Source of the DNA: Phycisphaerales bacterium
GTDB taxonomy: Bacteria > Planctomycetota > Phycisphaerae > WQYP01
Direction of reading: 5' to 3'
NCBI GenBank assembly: GCA_027451365.1
Contig: DAIDJN010000029.1
Location: forward strand, 1-64,000
Length of the DNA stretch: 64,000 nt
The notes below the pieces were generated by a model, which saw only the letters and a list, made by a program, of their open reading frames with translations, had not been told where the DNA came from and ran no database searches. Both the position numbers and the translations under genes were made by a program. Below are positions 18,557 to 29,700 of this stretch, one piece after another. Every line of letters starts with the position of its first letter. Position 1 is the stretch's first letter.

Positions 18557-21500
18557 TCAGCCGTTTTTACCACAGCACTGCTTGAATTTTTTTCCGCTGC
18601 CGCACGGGCACGGATCATTCCGGCCCACTTTGGGTCCGGGGTTTACAATCGGCACGGTTGGCTGAATCGCGTCCGGGTCTTCGTCGGGATCAGGAAGAGC
18701 GGCCGACGATTGCCCGGCCTGTTGAATCGCGGCGGCGTCAACCCCGTAAGATTCCGGGACTTCAAACGATTCCTGCTGGTCGGCATAGACATCGCGCATC
18801 TCGTCGGATGAGGCGACTTTCACGCGGAAAATAATCTCGGTCACTTTGTCGCGCAGTACCCGCAGGAATTCTTCAAAAAGTCGGGAACCCTCGCGTTTGT
18901 ATTCAATGACCGGGTCACGCTGGGCAATGCCGCGAAGGCCGATGGAATCGCGCAACTGGTCCATCGCATAAAGATGGTCTTTCCAGGCGACATCGTAAAT
19001 CTGCAGCAGCACCGTCCGTTCCAGTTCGGTAAGCTCCCGCCGCATGAAGGCGTGGGCGAGTTCGGTAATCCGTTCAATGCGGTCCGCGGTGGATTCGCCT
19101 TCAAATTCATCGGGGGGAGCCTGCGTCACAAAGCGGGTGGAAACCCAGGCGGCCAGCGCGGCGGATTCCGGGAATTTTTCCACCGCTTCCTTCACCTGCG
19201 AGTCTATGCCGGCATTTGCCGCCGCCGATATTTCCAGCAGCGCGGTTCGCAGTTTTTCCGGAGCCATGGCGCGAATCTCATCGCCGGTAAGCGTCGCGCC
19301 ATACTTGGCCTTCAGCCATACGGCCAACTGTTCGGAGGCGTAAATATTCGCCGTGCCGCCGGCGCCGTTGGTGGCTTCCAGGGCATAGTCAATCGGGTAT
19401 TCAATTTCGCGCCTGTGGTAGGCGGCCTGGGCCTGCCGCAAAATAATATCGACAGCCTGGTCAGTGGTTTTTCCAACCAGATCATCGGCCGCAATTGACA
19501 GATCAAATTTATCCGACGCCCACTGCGCCAACTGCTGCTGGGCATAATTGGGAACCAGATAGCGGGCGATCGGGCTGCAATCCTTGTGGTCAATCTGGTC
19601 CAGAGCCTTCTGCACGAGAGTTTCGGCAATATGTTCACGGTCCAGAGTTTTTAACTGACCGGGGCTGACCTGCACATGAAACTGATTTGCCGCCCAGGCC
19701 GAAAGGCCGGCATAATCCCAGTCCAGCGGGTCGGCGTCCGGGTCCATGAATTCAGAAAGCGAGGTATGAATATTGGTACGCGCTTCTTCACGGGCCTTGT
19801 CACGGATGGTCATTTCCAGCACGGCAAGTTCCGTATCCCGCAGGTCGCCGGGGTCGATCGCTGTACTGAATTCGCTGCGCACCCATTCGCTGACGCAGGT
19901 TGGCGTATAGTCGCGTGCCAGGTAATGATCCACTGAATCGCGCACGGCGTCTTCAATGGTATCAAAAATGATTTCGCGAAGGTTGCGGCCTTCCAGAATG
20001 TTCTGGCGGGTTTTGTAAAAGTAGCTGCGCTGGTGCTCGCGCACTTCATCATATTCCAGCAGATTTTTACGAATGCCGAAGTTGCGTTCTTCCACCTTTT
20101 TCTGGGCGCGTTCAACCGCACGGGACACAAATCGGTGTTCAATGGCTTCATCCTCTTTCATGCCCAGGCGCTGAATGGCCTTAAGCATGAAATCGCCAGC
20201 GAACATTTTCATAAGGTCATCTTCCAGACTCAGGAAAAACCGCGACGCCCCGGGGTCGCCCTGCCGGCCGGAACGGCCGCGAAGCTGGTTGTCAATACGC
20301 CGCGCCTCGTGGCGTTCGGTCCCCAGAACAAACAGTCCGCCGGCATCAGTCACGCCTTCGCCCAGTGAAATATCCGTGCCGCGGCCGGCCATATTGGTGG
20401 CAATGGTGACGGCACCCGCCGGAGCACCGGTTTTGTCCACGGTCTTTCGCCCGGCCTTGGCGACAATGTCGGCCTCGCGTTCGTGGTTCTTGGCGTTCAG
20501 AACTTCGTGTTCAATCCCACAGCGCTGGCGAAGCATGCGCGAAAGGCGTTCAGATTTTTCCACACTGGTGGTGCCCACCAGCACGGGCTGGCCGGATTCG
20601 GAACGGGCCTTGATTTCTTCGACAATCGCATTCCATTTGGCATTTTCCGTCAGGAAAATAAGGTCGTCGGAGTCTACCCGCACGATGGGCCGGTTGGTGG
20701 GAATGCAGACCACTTCCAGTTTGTAAATTTTGGCAAATTCCTCGGCTTCGGTCATGGCCGTTCCGGTCATGCCGCCCATCCGTTTATAAAGCTTGTAAAA
20801 ATTCTGAAGCGTAATGGTGGCCATGGTCTGGGTTTCGGGTTTCACCCGTACGCGTTCCTTGGCCTCCACGGATTGATGAAGCCCGTCTGACCATTGTCGG
20901 CCGACCATCAGGCGGCCGGTGAATTCATCGACGATAATAATCTCGCCGTTCTGCACGACGTAGTCTTTGTCTTTTTCGTAGACGACGTGGGCGCGCAGGC
21001 TTTGTTCAAGCAAATGGGGCCAGTCCATATTGCTGCCGATATAAAATGATCCGACGCCGGCATGTTCCTGGGCCTTTTGAATGCCTTCGTGGGTTAAATG
21101 CACCGATTTGCGATCCAGTTCCACTTCATAAAGCTGCACCTGCCCGGCAAGCTGCCTTTCGGCCTCGGTCAGGTCCAGGCGGGCCTGATCCACCACGGCG
21201 GAAAGCTCGGCGGCTTTGGCGGCATCGGCGCGCGCGTTTCGCAGGTCCGCTTCGGTTCCCTTGATCTTTATCTTCAGTTGTTCCACCCGCTGATGAGCCT
21301 GTTCCCATGGTTTCTGGGCCAGAATGAGCTTGCGGGAAACTTCGTCCGCCATGCGGTAGCGCGGACTGTCATCGTGGGCCGGACCGCTGATGATCAGCGG
21401 GGTGCGGGCTTCATCAATTAAAATGCTGTCCACTTCGTCGATAATGGCAAAATCCAGTGGTCCCTGCACCTGCTCATCCAGCGTCTGCTTCATGTTGTCG

Positions 21501-22261
21501 CGCAGGTAATCAAAACCAAATTCACTGCTAGTGCCGTAGGTCACGGTGCATTGATAGGCCAGCTTCCGCGGTTCGTTGTCCATGTGCGATTGAATGAATC
21601 CGACAGACATTCCCAGGGCGTAGAACGCCGGTGCCACCCACGCCGCATCGCGCCGCACAAGATAATCATTGACAGTCACGACATGGCAATGGGCACCGGT
21701 AAGCCCCATTAAAAAGCAGGCCAGCGGCGCGACAAAGGTCTTGCCTTCGCCCGTGGCCATTTCCGCAATTTTTCCCTCGTAAAGGACCATGCCGCCGATC
21801 AACTGAACATCGAACGGCCGGGCGCGGTAAGGCGGACGGTCCTGCGGAACACTATCGCGAATGGCCTGATACAATTCCGGCTGCACTTCCACAAACCGCC
21901 AGTCGTGCTCTTTCTGACAGACGGCCCGCGCGGCCTCATACATTGCCTGGCCCTGAGGGGAAAGAATTGCAGGGTCAAATTTTCGGGCCGGGTCCAGGGC
22001 GTTGCGTAAACCGATGTGCCGATCCATGGCTTCTCGCATCAGGGCGAAGGCCTCGGGTAGAACGGTCTGATCGCTTGCACCGCCCGCCAGTTGTTGCCGC
22101 AGTTCATCTACGCGGGCGCGCATCTGGGCGTCGGTAAGTTTACGAATTGCCGGCTCCAGAGCGTTAACTTCCAGCACACGCCTGCGATAGACCTTCATGA
22201 GTCTTTCATTTCGGGACCCGAATACCGCCGCCAGCGTTTTGTTAAAAAGATGCGCAACCAT
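18557..22261 (-). CDS. secA: Preprotein translocase ATPase SecA (expanded, 1234 aa)
   Basis: EMATGEGKT, FGFDYLRDNM, IDEVDSILIDEARTPLIISG, TNMAGRGTDI, QLRGRSGRQGDPG and C-terminal GRNDPCPCGSGKKFKQCCG. Confidence 0.99.
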   Translation of the reverse strand: MVAHLFNKTLAAVFGSRNERLMKVYRRRVLEVNALEPAIRKLTDAQMRARVDELRQQLAGGASDQTVLPEAFALMREAMDRHIGLRNALDPARKFDPAILSPQGQAMYEAARAVCQKEHDWRFVEVQPELYQAIRDSVPQDRPPYRARPFDVQLIGGMVLYEGKIAEMATGEGKTFVAPLACFLMGLTGAHCHVVTVNDYLVRRDAAWVAPAFYALGMSVGFIQSHMDNEPRKLAYQCTVTYGTSSEFGFDYLRDNMKQTLDEQVQGPLDFAIIDEVDSILIDEARTPLIISGPAHDDSPRYRMADEVSRKLILAQKPWEQAHQRVEQLKIKIKGTEADLRNARADAAKAAELSAVVDQARLDLTEAERQLAGQVQLYEVELDRKSVHLTHEGIQKAQEHAGVGSFYIGSNMDWPHLLEQSLRAHVVYEKDKDYVVQNGEIIIVDEFTGRLMVGRQWSDGLHQSVEAKERVRVKPETQTMATITLQNFYKLYKRMGGMTGTAMTEAEEFAKIYKLEVVCIPTNRPIVRVDSDDLIFLTENAKWNAIVEEIKARSESGQPVLVGTTSVEKSERLSRMLRQRCGIEHEVLNAKNHEREADIVAKAGRKTVDKTGAPAGAVTIATNMAGRGTDISLGEGVTDAGGLFVLGTERHEARRIDNQLRGRSGRQGDPGASRFFLSLEDDLMKMFAGDFMLKAIQRLGMKEDEAIEHRFVSRAVERAQKKVEERNFGIRKNLLEYDEVREHQRSYFYKTRQNILEGRNLREIIFDTIEDAVRDSVDHYLARDYTPTCVSEWVRSEFSTAIDPGDLRDTELAVLEMTIRDKAREEARTNIHTSLSEFMDPDADPLDWDYAGLSAWAANQFHVQVSPGQLKTLDREHIAETLVQKALDQIDHKDCSPIARYLVPNYAQQQLAQWASDKFDLSIAADDLVGKTTDQAVDIILRQAQAAYHRREIEYPIDYALEATNGAGGTANIYASEQLAVWLKAKYGATLTGDEIRAMAPEKLRTALLEISAAANAGIDSQVKEAVEKFPESAALAAWVSTRFVTQAPPDEFEGESTADRIERITELAHAFMRRELTELERTVLLQIYDVAWKDHLYAMDQLRDSIGLRGIAQRDPVIEYKREGSRLFEEFLRVLRDKVTEIIFRVKVASSDEMRDVYADQQESFEVPESYGVDAAAIQQAGQSSAALPDPDEDPDAIQPTVPIVNPGPKVGRNDPCPCGSGKKFKQCCGKNG

Positions 22262-22382
22262 GACAACTCCGATTTTTTTTCGGCCGGCCGATTTTCAATG
22301 CGGAAGCCCGGCGACCTGTTGTGTTTATATATCCCTGATTAAGAATCCCGCGATTGCGGGCTTGACCCATACGATCTGATTT

Positions 22383-22988
22383 TCAGGTCGATTTTGGCGG
22401 AGCAAGTTGACTGCGGCTGCGGATAAACGTTGTGGTGCGAAAAATTATAGGCTGGGCGGAGATTAACTGTGACGTCGCCTGGCGGCAGGCGAATGCATCC
22501 CGATTGGATGGAAATTTTACGCAGTACTGGGCGAATTTGGAAAAGCCGGTGCCATGCCATGGCCATGGAGCGGCCACCAGACCCATTGCGAACAAAACTG
22601 AAGCCTGCCGGTGATTCAATATTGTTGGCAAATCAGCCGCGGTGCGGCCGTAATAATATGATGTGCACCGGACCAACGGCGACTGGGCCGCCAGACGGCC
22701 GTTGCCCGACTGGATCAAAAACTGCCGATACACCCAGGCGACCTGGGAAAAATGACGGGTCAGGTGCGAACCGGCCGGGGGCATTACACCGGCTATACGA
22801 CCGAATTTAGCGCTGGCGTTCAGGCAACTGCCGTCGGCAGCGGGCAGGCCGATAGTCTGCATGGTCAGCAGGGCGAAAAGGCAGGAAAACGCGGTCAGGA
22901 CCGCATGCTGGCAGGCAAGACCGTCTTTGTGGGATATCGACAATCTAATTGGCTTGTTGTTCACTGATTTCCCGTTAACCCTTACCAT
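22383..22988 (-). CDS. Hypothetical protein upstream of secA, candidate SecM-like arrest peptide
   Basis: 201-aa ORF codirectional with secA, with a hydrophobic segment at aa ~29-48 and C-terminus FIRSRSQLAPPKST*. Confidence 0.45.
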   Translation of the reverse strand: MVRVNGKSVNNKPIRLSISHKDGLACQHAVLTAFSCLFALLTMQTIGLPAADGSCLNASAKFGRIAGVMPPAGSHLTRHFSQVAWVYRQFLIQSGNGRLAAQSPLVRCTSYYYGRTAADLPTILNHRQASVLFAMGLVAAPWPWHGTGFSKFAQYCVKFPSNRDAFACRQATSQLISAQPIIFRTTTFIRSRSQLAPPKST

Positions 22989-23667
22989 TTTTATGAATCA
23001 TTCCCAATTGGCACTTGACCAATATGGCCATGACTGTCCGCAGTTGTGTCGCTGGCCGCCCAGGGAAAAGCCGTGCTTTCCACCGGTTTGCGGTTAAAAC
23101 CAACGGCCCGCATACTCACAACCATTATATTGTAGCATATCCTTAAGCCAGTGGAATAGGGGCGGGAGATGGCAATTTCCATTGGAAATTCGCAAGATGA
23201 GGCGGTAATCCGGAATTCTGATCGGATGCGTCGTTGATAATCATCAGAAGCCCGCATCGGGCCAGGGGCAATTGCACGGGCGAGCGGAAAAGAGCCCGCG
23301 CCGGATGCTGGACCTGGAATCTCGGAATGAAGGCTGACGCGAAAGCGCACTCGCGGCTGGGGCTTAAAAGGCGGTCGCCTGAACCGGGATTGCCCGGAAC
23401 CAGCACGACAGGCAGGAAAGTTTGCCAGCAATAAGCCGTCAGCTACGCGCTCGATTTCCGGTAGTAGCGCCAGGTACCTGCTTAAAACACCGCTTACCTG
23501 AGTCCACCTGCGGTTGCCGCCAGCCCTGATATAGAGGCAAAACCGGATAGCTTGTGTTCCCTTAATTCAGCGCCTATATTCTGGGGCATAGAACTGGCTG
23601 TTGGAATCGAGGATCGATGAGCTGGCCGGAGCAACGAACCGGTCATGGGTAATGCCAAGGAGATCGC

Positions 23668-24600
23668 ATGACCGCAACGGAAGTGGACATATCGCGGCAG
23701 GCGGCGCAGTTGGCCAATCGATTGCGCGCCATTCAGGTGGACCTTGCCGACCAGTCCGCCGAATCCCGGCAGGAATTCCTATCCGATGAAATTAAGCGCG
23801 TGCTGACTGGGATTCAGCCAACGCAAAGGCCAGAGTTTTTAGCAGCCCTTGCTGAGCATTTCCCCTCCTGGGATGACAACGTTGTGGCCCGGCAGCGCGT
23901 GGATGCCTCGGGTCGCAGTCAGGCCGTGGTCGGATCAAAAACCGACCAGATGGAATTGCAGGATCCGGCATTTCTGGTAAAGCGCCTCTGCGAACTGGCC
24001 CCCAAACTGCCGCAGGCCCAGAAAGAGGCCCTGATCGCCCGTCTGGCGGAAGCCGGACTCGCTGGCGTGTCCGGCCCGGCATGGCCAGCCGAACCGCTGG
24101 CGAAACTTTCGGGCCGGCTGCAGCTTGATGAGGGACTTGAACCCCATCCCGGGCATTCGCTGGAACTTATACAGATGCTTGCCGAGTTGGCGATGAGTCT
24201 GGAACAGATTGCCTGGAACATGTGGAAAACCATTGTTCCGGCATCGCAACTCAAGCGCGGTGCGGCATTGCAGCGTCTGATGAGCCGCTTTTTGGCCGAT
24301 GACCCGGATGTGCCGCGTGGCCAGGTTGCCGGCGAGCTGGAGCGGTTGCGTAAAATCAACGCTGCGCTGCTTTCGGCGGTCGGACAGACTGGCCGGCAAT
24401 TCGCACACCAATATGCGGCCAAACTCGCGCCGGCGGAAATAGAGGCGGCGGTGCGAAGCGGTCCGAAAAAGATGTTTGCGGCTATCGAAGTGTCGTGCTG
24501 GAAACGGTATTGCGAACTGGCGGTGGAGAATCTGGATGAGGCTTCCATTGACCACGACATCCGGGAAATTGTCCGGGAATTCGTGGAAAGTGTGATCTGA
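23668..24600 (+). CDS. T6SS-associated protein resembling the TagH/Fha C-terminal domain, without an FHA domain
   Basis: AAGGAG RBS and first gene of the tssKLM operon. C-terminal LRKINAALLSAV...LAPAEIE...CWKRYCEL resembles the TagH C-terminal helical domain (by eye). Confidence 0.6.
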   Translation: MTATEVDISRQAAQLANRLRAIQVDLADQSAESRQEFLSDEIKRVLTGIQPTQRPEFLAALAEHFPSWDDNVVARQRVDASGRSQAVVGSKTDQMELQDPAFLVKRLCELAPKLPQAQKEALIARLAEAGLAGVSGPAWPAEPLAKLSGRLQLDEGLEPHPGHSLELIQMLAELAMSLEQIAWNMWKTIVPASQLKRGAALQRLMSRFLADDPDVPRGQVAGELERLRKINAALLSAVGQTGRQFAHQYAAKLAPAEIEAAVRSGPKKMFAAIEVSCWKRYCELAVENLDEASIDHDIREIVREFVESVI

Positions 24601-24630
24601 CCGCCGCAGGTTGTAAAAAAAAGGGATTTC

Positions 24631-25992
24631 ATGGATTCCATTCATTTCAATGAAGGGCTGTTTCTTCAGCAGCATCATTTACAGATTCTGCAGCGCAATA
24701 TATTTTCTCGGCTGGAAGGATTGCGATCTCTGACGTTTTCCTTCGGCTATGGATTAATTGAGGCGCAACTTTCCGCGGAATCCTTGAAAAATCAGATTGT
24801 GCGGTTCGACCGCCTTGCGGCGATCATGCCCAGCGGGCTGGAAGTTCGGTGTCCGGAAATTGCGGATATTCCGGCCATCAGCATTAAGCAGGCGATGGAA
24901 TCGCGGGCGGGTACCTTGACCGTTTTTCTGGCCGTTCCGCTCTGGAATCCGGACCGAGCCAATGCAGTTTCCGGTACCGGTCCGGATGACTGGATGGTGA
25001 AAAGCCTTTACCGCACAGCCGAAATTCAGCGTCCAGATGAAAACACCGGTCAGAATTCGCGGCCGATAGGAGTGCGGCGCATCAATGCCCGCTTTCTGCT
25101 GGAAGGCGAGGACACGACGGATATGGAAGTGTTGCCGGTGCTGCGCGTGGTGCGCGGCGTTGGTGAGGAAGTCGGCAGCGTGCGGCAGGATACGGGCTTC
25201 ATTCCGCCCTGCCTGGTTGTGCGCGGGTCGCCGGTGCTGCGGGACCTGCTGCGGGAATTCGCCAATCAATTGGAGGCCAGCCGCACGGAACTGGCTTTGC
25301 AGGTAACGCGCGGCGGCTTCAGTGTGGACACCATGCGCGGGGCGCAATTTGAACAATGTCTGCGGCTGCGGACCCTAAGCCGGGCCAGCGCGCGGCTGTC
25401 AATAATCCTGCGGCAGGCGAATCTGGCCCCGTTTGATGTGTACGTGGAACTGCGTGAATTGCTGGCGGAACTTGGCTCCATGTATCCGGACAAAGATGGC
25501 CAGCTTGCCCCCGCCGAATATGACCATGACCGTCCATCCGTCGCCTTCGCGGACCTGACCGATAAAATCCGCGGCCTGCTGCGCGGCGCGGTGACGGCGC
25601 GATTCTTGAAAGTGGATTTCAAAAGCGACGCCACCATGTTTCTGGCAGCGCTTTCTGAAGAACATTTCACACAGCCCAACGAATATTTCATTGGCTTGCG
25701 CACGCGCGAAGACCCGTTGGCGCTGGCCAAGCTGGTCGAAAACCAGGACCAATTCCAGGTCGCCGCGCCCACCATGGTGGGGAAGCGCATCTTCGGGCTC
25801 AAATTACAGGAAGAACGGTATCCACCTGTGGAATTGCCTGCCCAGGCCGGGTTGCGGTATTTCCGGGTTCTGCGGGCTGAAAGCCAGCGCATGTGGGACC
25901 GGATTAAGGATGAAAAGGCCATCGGCGTTCGTTGGCTGGGTATGGAAAACAGCGACTTTGCGATTACGCTATATATGACCGTTCCAAGCTAG
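24631..25992 (+). CDS. tssK: T6SS baseplate subunit TssK
   Basis: IHFNEGLFLQQHHLQ N-terminus, FIPPCL, YDHDRP and PPVELPAQAGLRYF. Confidence 0.93.
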   Translation: MDSIHFNEGLFLQQHHLQILQRNIFSRLEGLRSLTFSFGYGLIEAQLSAESLKNQIVRFDRLAAIMPSGLEVRCPEIADIPAISIKQAMESRAGTLTVFLAVPLWNPDRANAVSGTGPDDWMVKSLYRTAEIQRPDENTGQNSRPIGVRRINARFLLEGEDTTDMEVLPVLRVVRGVGEEVGSVRQDTGFIPPCLVVRGSPVLRDLLREFANQLEASRTELALQVTRGGFSVDTMRGAQFEQCLRLRTLSRASARLSIILRQANLAPFDVYVELRELLAELGSMYPDKDGQLAPAEYDHDRPSVAFADLTDKIRGLLRGAVTARFLKVDFKSDATMFLAALSEEHFTQPNEYFIGLRTREDPLALAKLVENQDQFQVAAPTMVGKRIFGLKLQEERYPPVELPAQAGLRYFRVLRAESQRMWDRIKDEKAIGVRWLGMENSDFAITLYMTVPS

Positions 25993-26040
25993 GTTTGTGA
26001 TCCCCATGGAATCAGCGATTGAACAGGCAGGCTGAACGTG

Positions 26041-26712
26041 ATGACTCTTGCGGAATTAACCGAACCGTTTTTTCAGTACATTTGCCGGCTAAACCGCTCG
26101 GCGCGCGGCGGAGGTCAGTTGGACGCCGAGCCGGTGCGCGCGGAAATGAAGGCATTGCTCGCGGAAATGAAGGGAAAAGCCGCCGGAACACCGGAATTGG
26201 CCTCCCAATATGACAAAGTTGAATTGGCCCTCATATTCTTTGCGGATTTCACCGCCAAAGAAGGAGGTTACAATATTTCCAAAAAATGGAAAGAAATCGC
26301 CTTTGACCGCAATGAACTCGGCGGAGATGAAAAATTCTTCGACCTGCTGGAGGAAACGTTAAAAGACCCCAGCCCGGCGGCAACCGATCGGCTGGGCGTT
26401 TTTTACACCTGTTTGGGACTGGGTTTTACCGGCTGGTATGCCGGGCAGCCCGAATATCTGCGGAAAAAAATGCGGGAAATTCGCGCCCGGCTGGATGGCG
26501 GCGCGCGCGATGCGGACTTGCGGAAGATTTGCCCGGAGAGCTATGAACATGTCAACACCGCCGACCTGATTGAGCCGCCGGGTGTTAAACTATTTGGAAT
26601 CGCCGTGGTGCTGGCGGTTTGCATCCTGACACTTCTGATCGCAAATTTTTATTTGTTTCATCGAAGTGTGGGGCAGTTGAATCAGGCGTTGGACCTGATT
26701 CTGCGTAAATAG
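26041..26712 (+). CDS. tssL: T6SS membrane protein TssL (DotU), no OmpA domain
   Basis: ALIFFADF, GGDEKFFDLL, VFYTCLGLGFTGWY and a single C-terminal TM. Confidence 0.93.
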   Translation: MTLAELTEPFFQYICRLNRSARGGGQLDAEPVRAEMKALLAEMKGKAAGTPELASQYDKVELALIFFADFTAKEGGYNISKKWKEIAFDRNELGGDEKFFDLLEETLKDPSPAATDRLGVFYTCLGLGFTGWYAGQPEYLRKKMREIRARLDGGARDADLRKICPESYEHVNTADLIEPPGVKLFGIAVVLAVCILTLLIANFYLFHRSVGQLNQALDLILRK

Positions 26713-26790
26713 GACACCTTTTTGCGGCGGTCGTAAATTCCGCCATGGAACACAGAACCTGAACTTTTTGATGCTGCGGGTAACATTGCT

Positions 26791-29700
26791 ATGAACTTCC
26801 TTTCAATTTTCGGAAATCTATCGCCAAACGCCAAACTGGGGGCAACCGCGGGCGGAACCGCCGGAGTGATGACCGCCCTGGCGCTGGCCATCAGCGGGCA
26901 CTGGCAATTGTTGATCCTGCTGGTGCTGCTGGTGGTGATGGCGACGGTGGCCTTTATTATTTTTCGCCTGGCGCTGGGCTGGTGGAAGAAGCGAAAATCC
27001 CGGCCGATGGAAAAGAGTCTGGCGGGCAACACAAGTTCCGCGCCCCAGCAGGTAAGCGGGGCCAAAAAACTGGCCGATCTGGATTCCCTGAGGCGCGTGT
27101 TTTCCACTGGGGTTGAAAAGTTCCGATCAGCAGGTAAAGACCTTTACAGTCTTCCGTGGTACGTTCTGGTTGGCCAGCCCGGTTCGGGCAAGACCGAAGC
27201 GATTCGGCACTCGGCCATCGGCTTTCCGCCCGGTCTTCAGGATCAGCTTCAGGGGGCGGGCGGCACCATTAACATGAACTGGTGGTTTACAAATCATGCG
27301 ATCATACTGGACACCGCCGGCCGACTGATGTTTGAAGAAGTCGCCCCCGGTTCCACCAGCGAATGGCAGGAATTTCTTAAACTGCTGCGGCAACATCGGC
27401 CCAATTGTCCGATCAACGGCATGCTGCTGGTAATACCCGCGGACAGTCTGCTGAAAGACTCCACCGAGGTCATCGCCCGGAATGCCGGCAAAATTGCCCA
27501 GCAACTGGACAACATTCAGCGTTCGCTGGGAGTGCGGTTCCCGGTGTTTATTTTCATAACCAAATCTGACTATCTGCCCGGTTTCAGTCAGTTTTTCGAC
27601 GACCTTACCGATCCGCAACTGCAACACCAGATTATGGGATGGTCTAATCCGGCACCGCTGGATGATCCGTTTAATGTTGATGCTGTGGAAACCCACCTGC
27701 GGGAGGTTCGCAACCGGCTTGCGGAAAGGCGTCAACGGCTGCTGGCGGACCCCGTGAATACTGAAGATCCAGGTGGCCATCGGCTGGATCAGGTGGATTC
27801 GCTGTTCGCGTTTCCCGAAGCGATTCTGAAAATTTCACCCCGGCTCAAACAGTACCTGGAAACGATTTTCGTTCCGGGCGAATGGTCGGCCAAACCACTG
27901 TTCTTACGCGGCATTTACTTTACATCGTCCATGTCCGAGGGAAAATCGCTGGATGCCGACCTTGCCGCGGCATTGGGCGTGCCGGTGGACGCCCTGCCGG
28001 CCAGCGGCGTATGGCGCCGGGACCGGGCCTATTTTCTGCGCGACCTGTTCCTCCAGAAAATATTCAAGGAACGCGGGCTGGTGACCCGCGCCGGCAATGC
28101 GATGAAGCAGCAGCGACGCAGAAAAATTGCGGTCCTGTTAACGGGTTTTGCGGCGGTGGCGTTTCTTCTGGCGGCCACGTTTTATGCCTTTTTTCAACTT
28201 AAGAACAGTGTGGGAACTCCCGGACAGTACTGGCAGGCCGCGGCGCGTGTTTACACATCGTCAAGCCCGCGGTTCATGGCAATGATTGCGCCAAAAAGCA
28301 ACGCCATCGGGACGCCGACATTTATCTATCAGGGCCATACCAACAAACTGATGGGGCGGTCGCTGGCTGAATTTTATGCCCAGGGATTTGACTTGGTCCG
28401 CAGGCCGATCGCAGTTCCCTGGATTTTCAAACCGGTGGCGTTTTTGGGGGGACATGTCAACACCCGGCAACGCGCGGCGTTTGAGAAAATTTTTAATGCC
28501 GAGGTGCTTTCGCCGGTAATTATGGCCGCCCGGTCAAAGCTGACCGTCGCGCCGCTGCATCAGGAAACGCCCGATCTGCGGAGGCTGGAGCGCCGCACCG
28601 GCGCGTTGCTGGAAATAATCGCCATCGCGCAAAGTGTTTATTCGTCGGGCGGTGCGGCGGCGGAATTCCCGCATGGCCGTAAAAATTTTGACGTGCTTGT
28701 CGGCTATGTCCTTTCCCCGGCGGATTACAGGTCTTATAAAACGTATCAGGCCGATTCCATCCATGCTATTTTGAAATCTCTTTATCAGTCGCGGCGAACC
28801 TGGCCGCCCGCGGGGGTGGCGGCGGTCGGCGATGCCGCGCTTGCAGCGACCATTTCCCATGGTATACGCAGTGTCGTGGCGGGCTGGAACAGCGCGGTTG
28901 GAACCGGAAATCAGTCCCTTCAGCGGCTGGTGGCGCTAAAGGCGGCGCTGCAAAAATATCAGACTTCCGAACAGGCGCTTATGAATTGGGCTGCCGGTTA
29001 CCAGTCTGGGGACAGCCTCAACGGCGTGGCCGTCAGCCATGTAGCCGGAATTTTTTCCGCATTGGCGGCATCCGCGGCGGAAATTCGCCTTGACCTTCCG
29101 TCACTTGGTTCACATGGAACATTTTACGGTGCTTATCTGGCCGATGCTCATGCATTGTTGCAGCAGCGAAGCGCAGTTTTCCGTCAATTGAAGCGGCAAA
29201 CCGCCTGGATTGCCACCCTGGCCAAGGCTCCGGCGGCCGGTGGCGGCGGCACGGCGGGGATTCTGGCCGGTGCGGTTTCGCAATTGTCCGGAAAGGCGGG
29301 TCGTGCTCGCAAGCAGGCTGTGGCACTCCTTATCGCCAGCCGCACGGAACTGTTGGCCGATATTGCGGACGAAAAATCTCCGTTTGGCGCGGCGGGTCAG
29401 TCGCAAATCAGCAGCCTGGATCAAAAATTTCTCACAAGGGCGGGGCCGCGGCGTCAGATATCGTTACGCGAAGCGGTCTATGAGGCCGTGGCGGCATTGG
29501 CCAACGCGCCCAAATCTCCGGAGTCGCTTTTAACGCTCCGCACATGGCTGGAACAATTTAACGCCGCCGCACGGCAGGCCGGAGCAAATATCAGCCAGAC
29601 GGCCTCAACTTTAAAGGTCACCGGTCCGGCATCAGCAACCGCTTACAACGCCCAGTCGATGGATGCTGCCGCTAAAGCTCTAAGTCTTTTCGAAGCCAGC

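Noticed and set aside
22991..23431. 146-aa ORF upstream of the secA uORF
   Set aside because: Composition looks non-coding and no motif was recognised. More likely a divergent promoter region.
23919..25922. Long antisense ORFs over the T6SS genes (and similar ones over der, secA, pyrB, nadB)
   Set aside because: Shadow ORFs of GC-rich coding strands.
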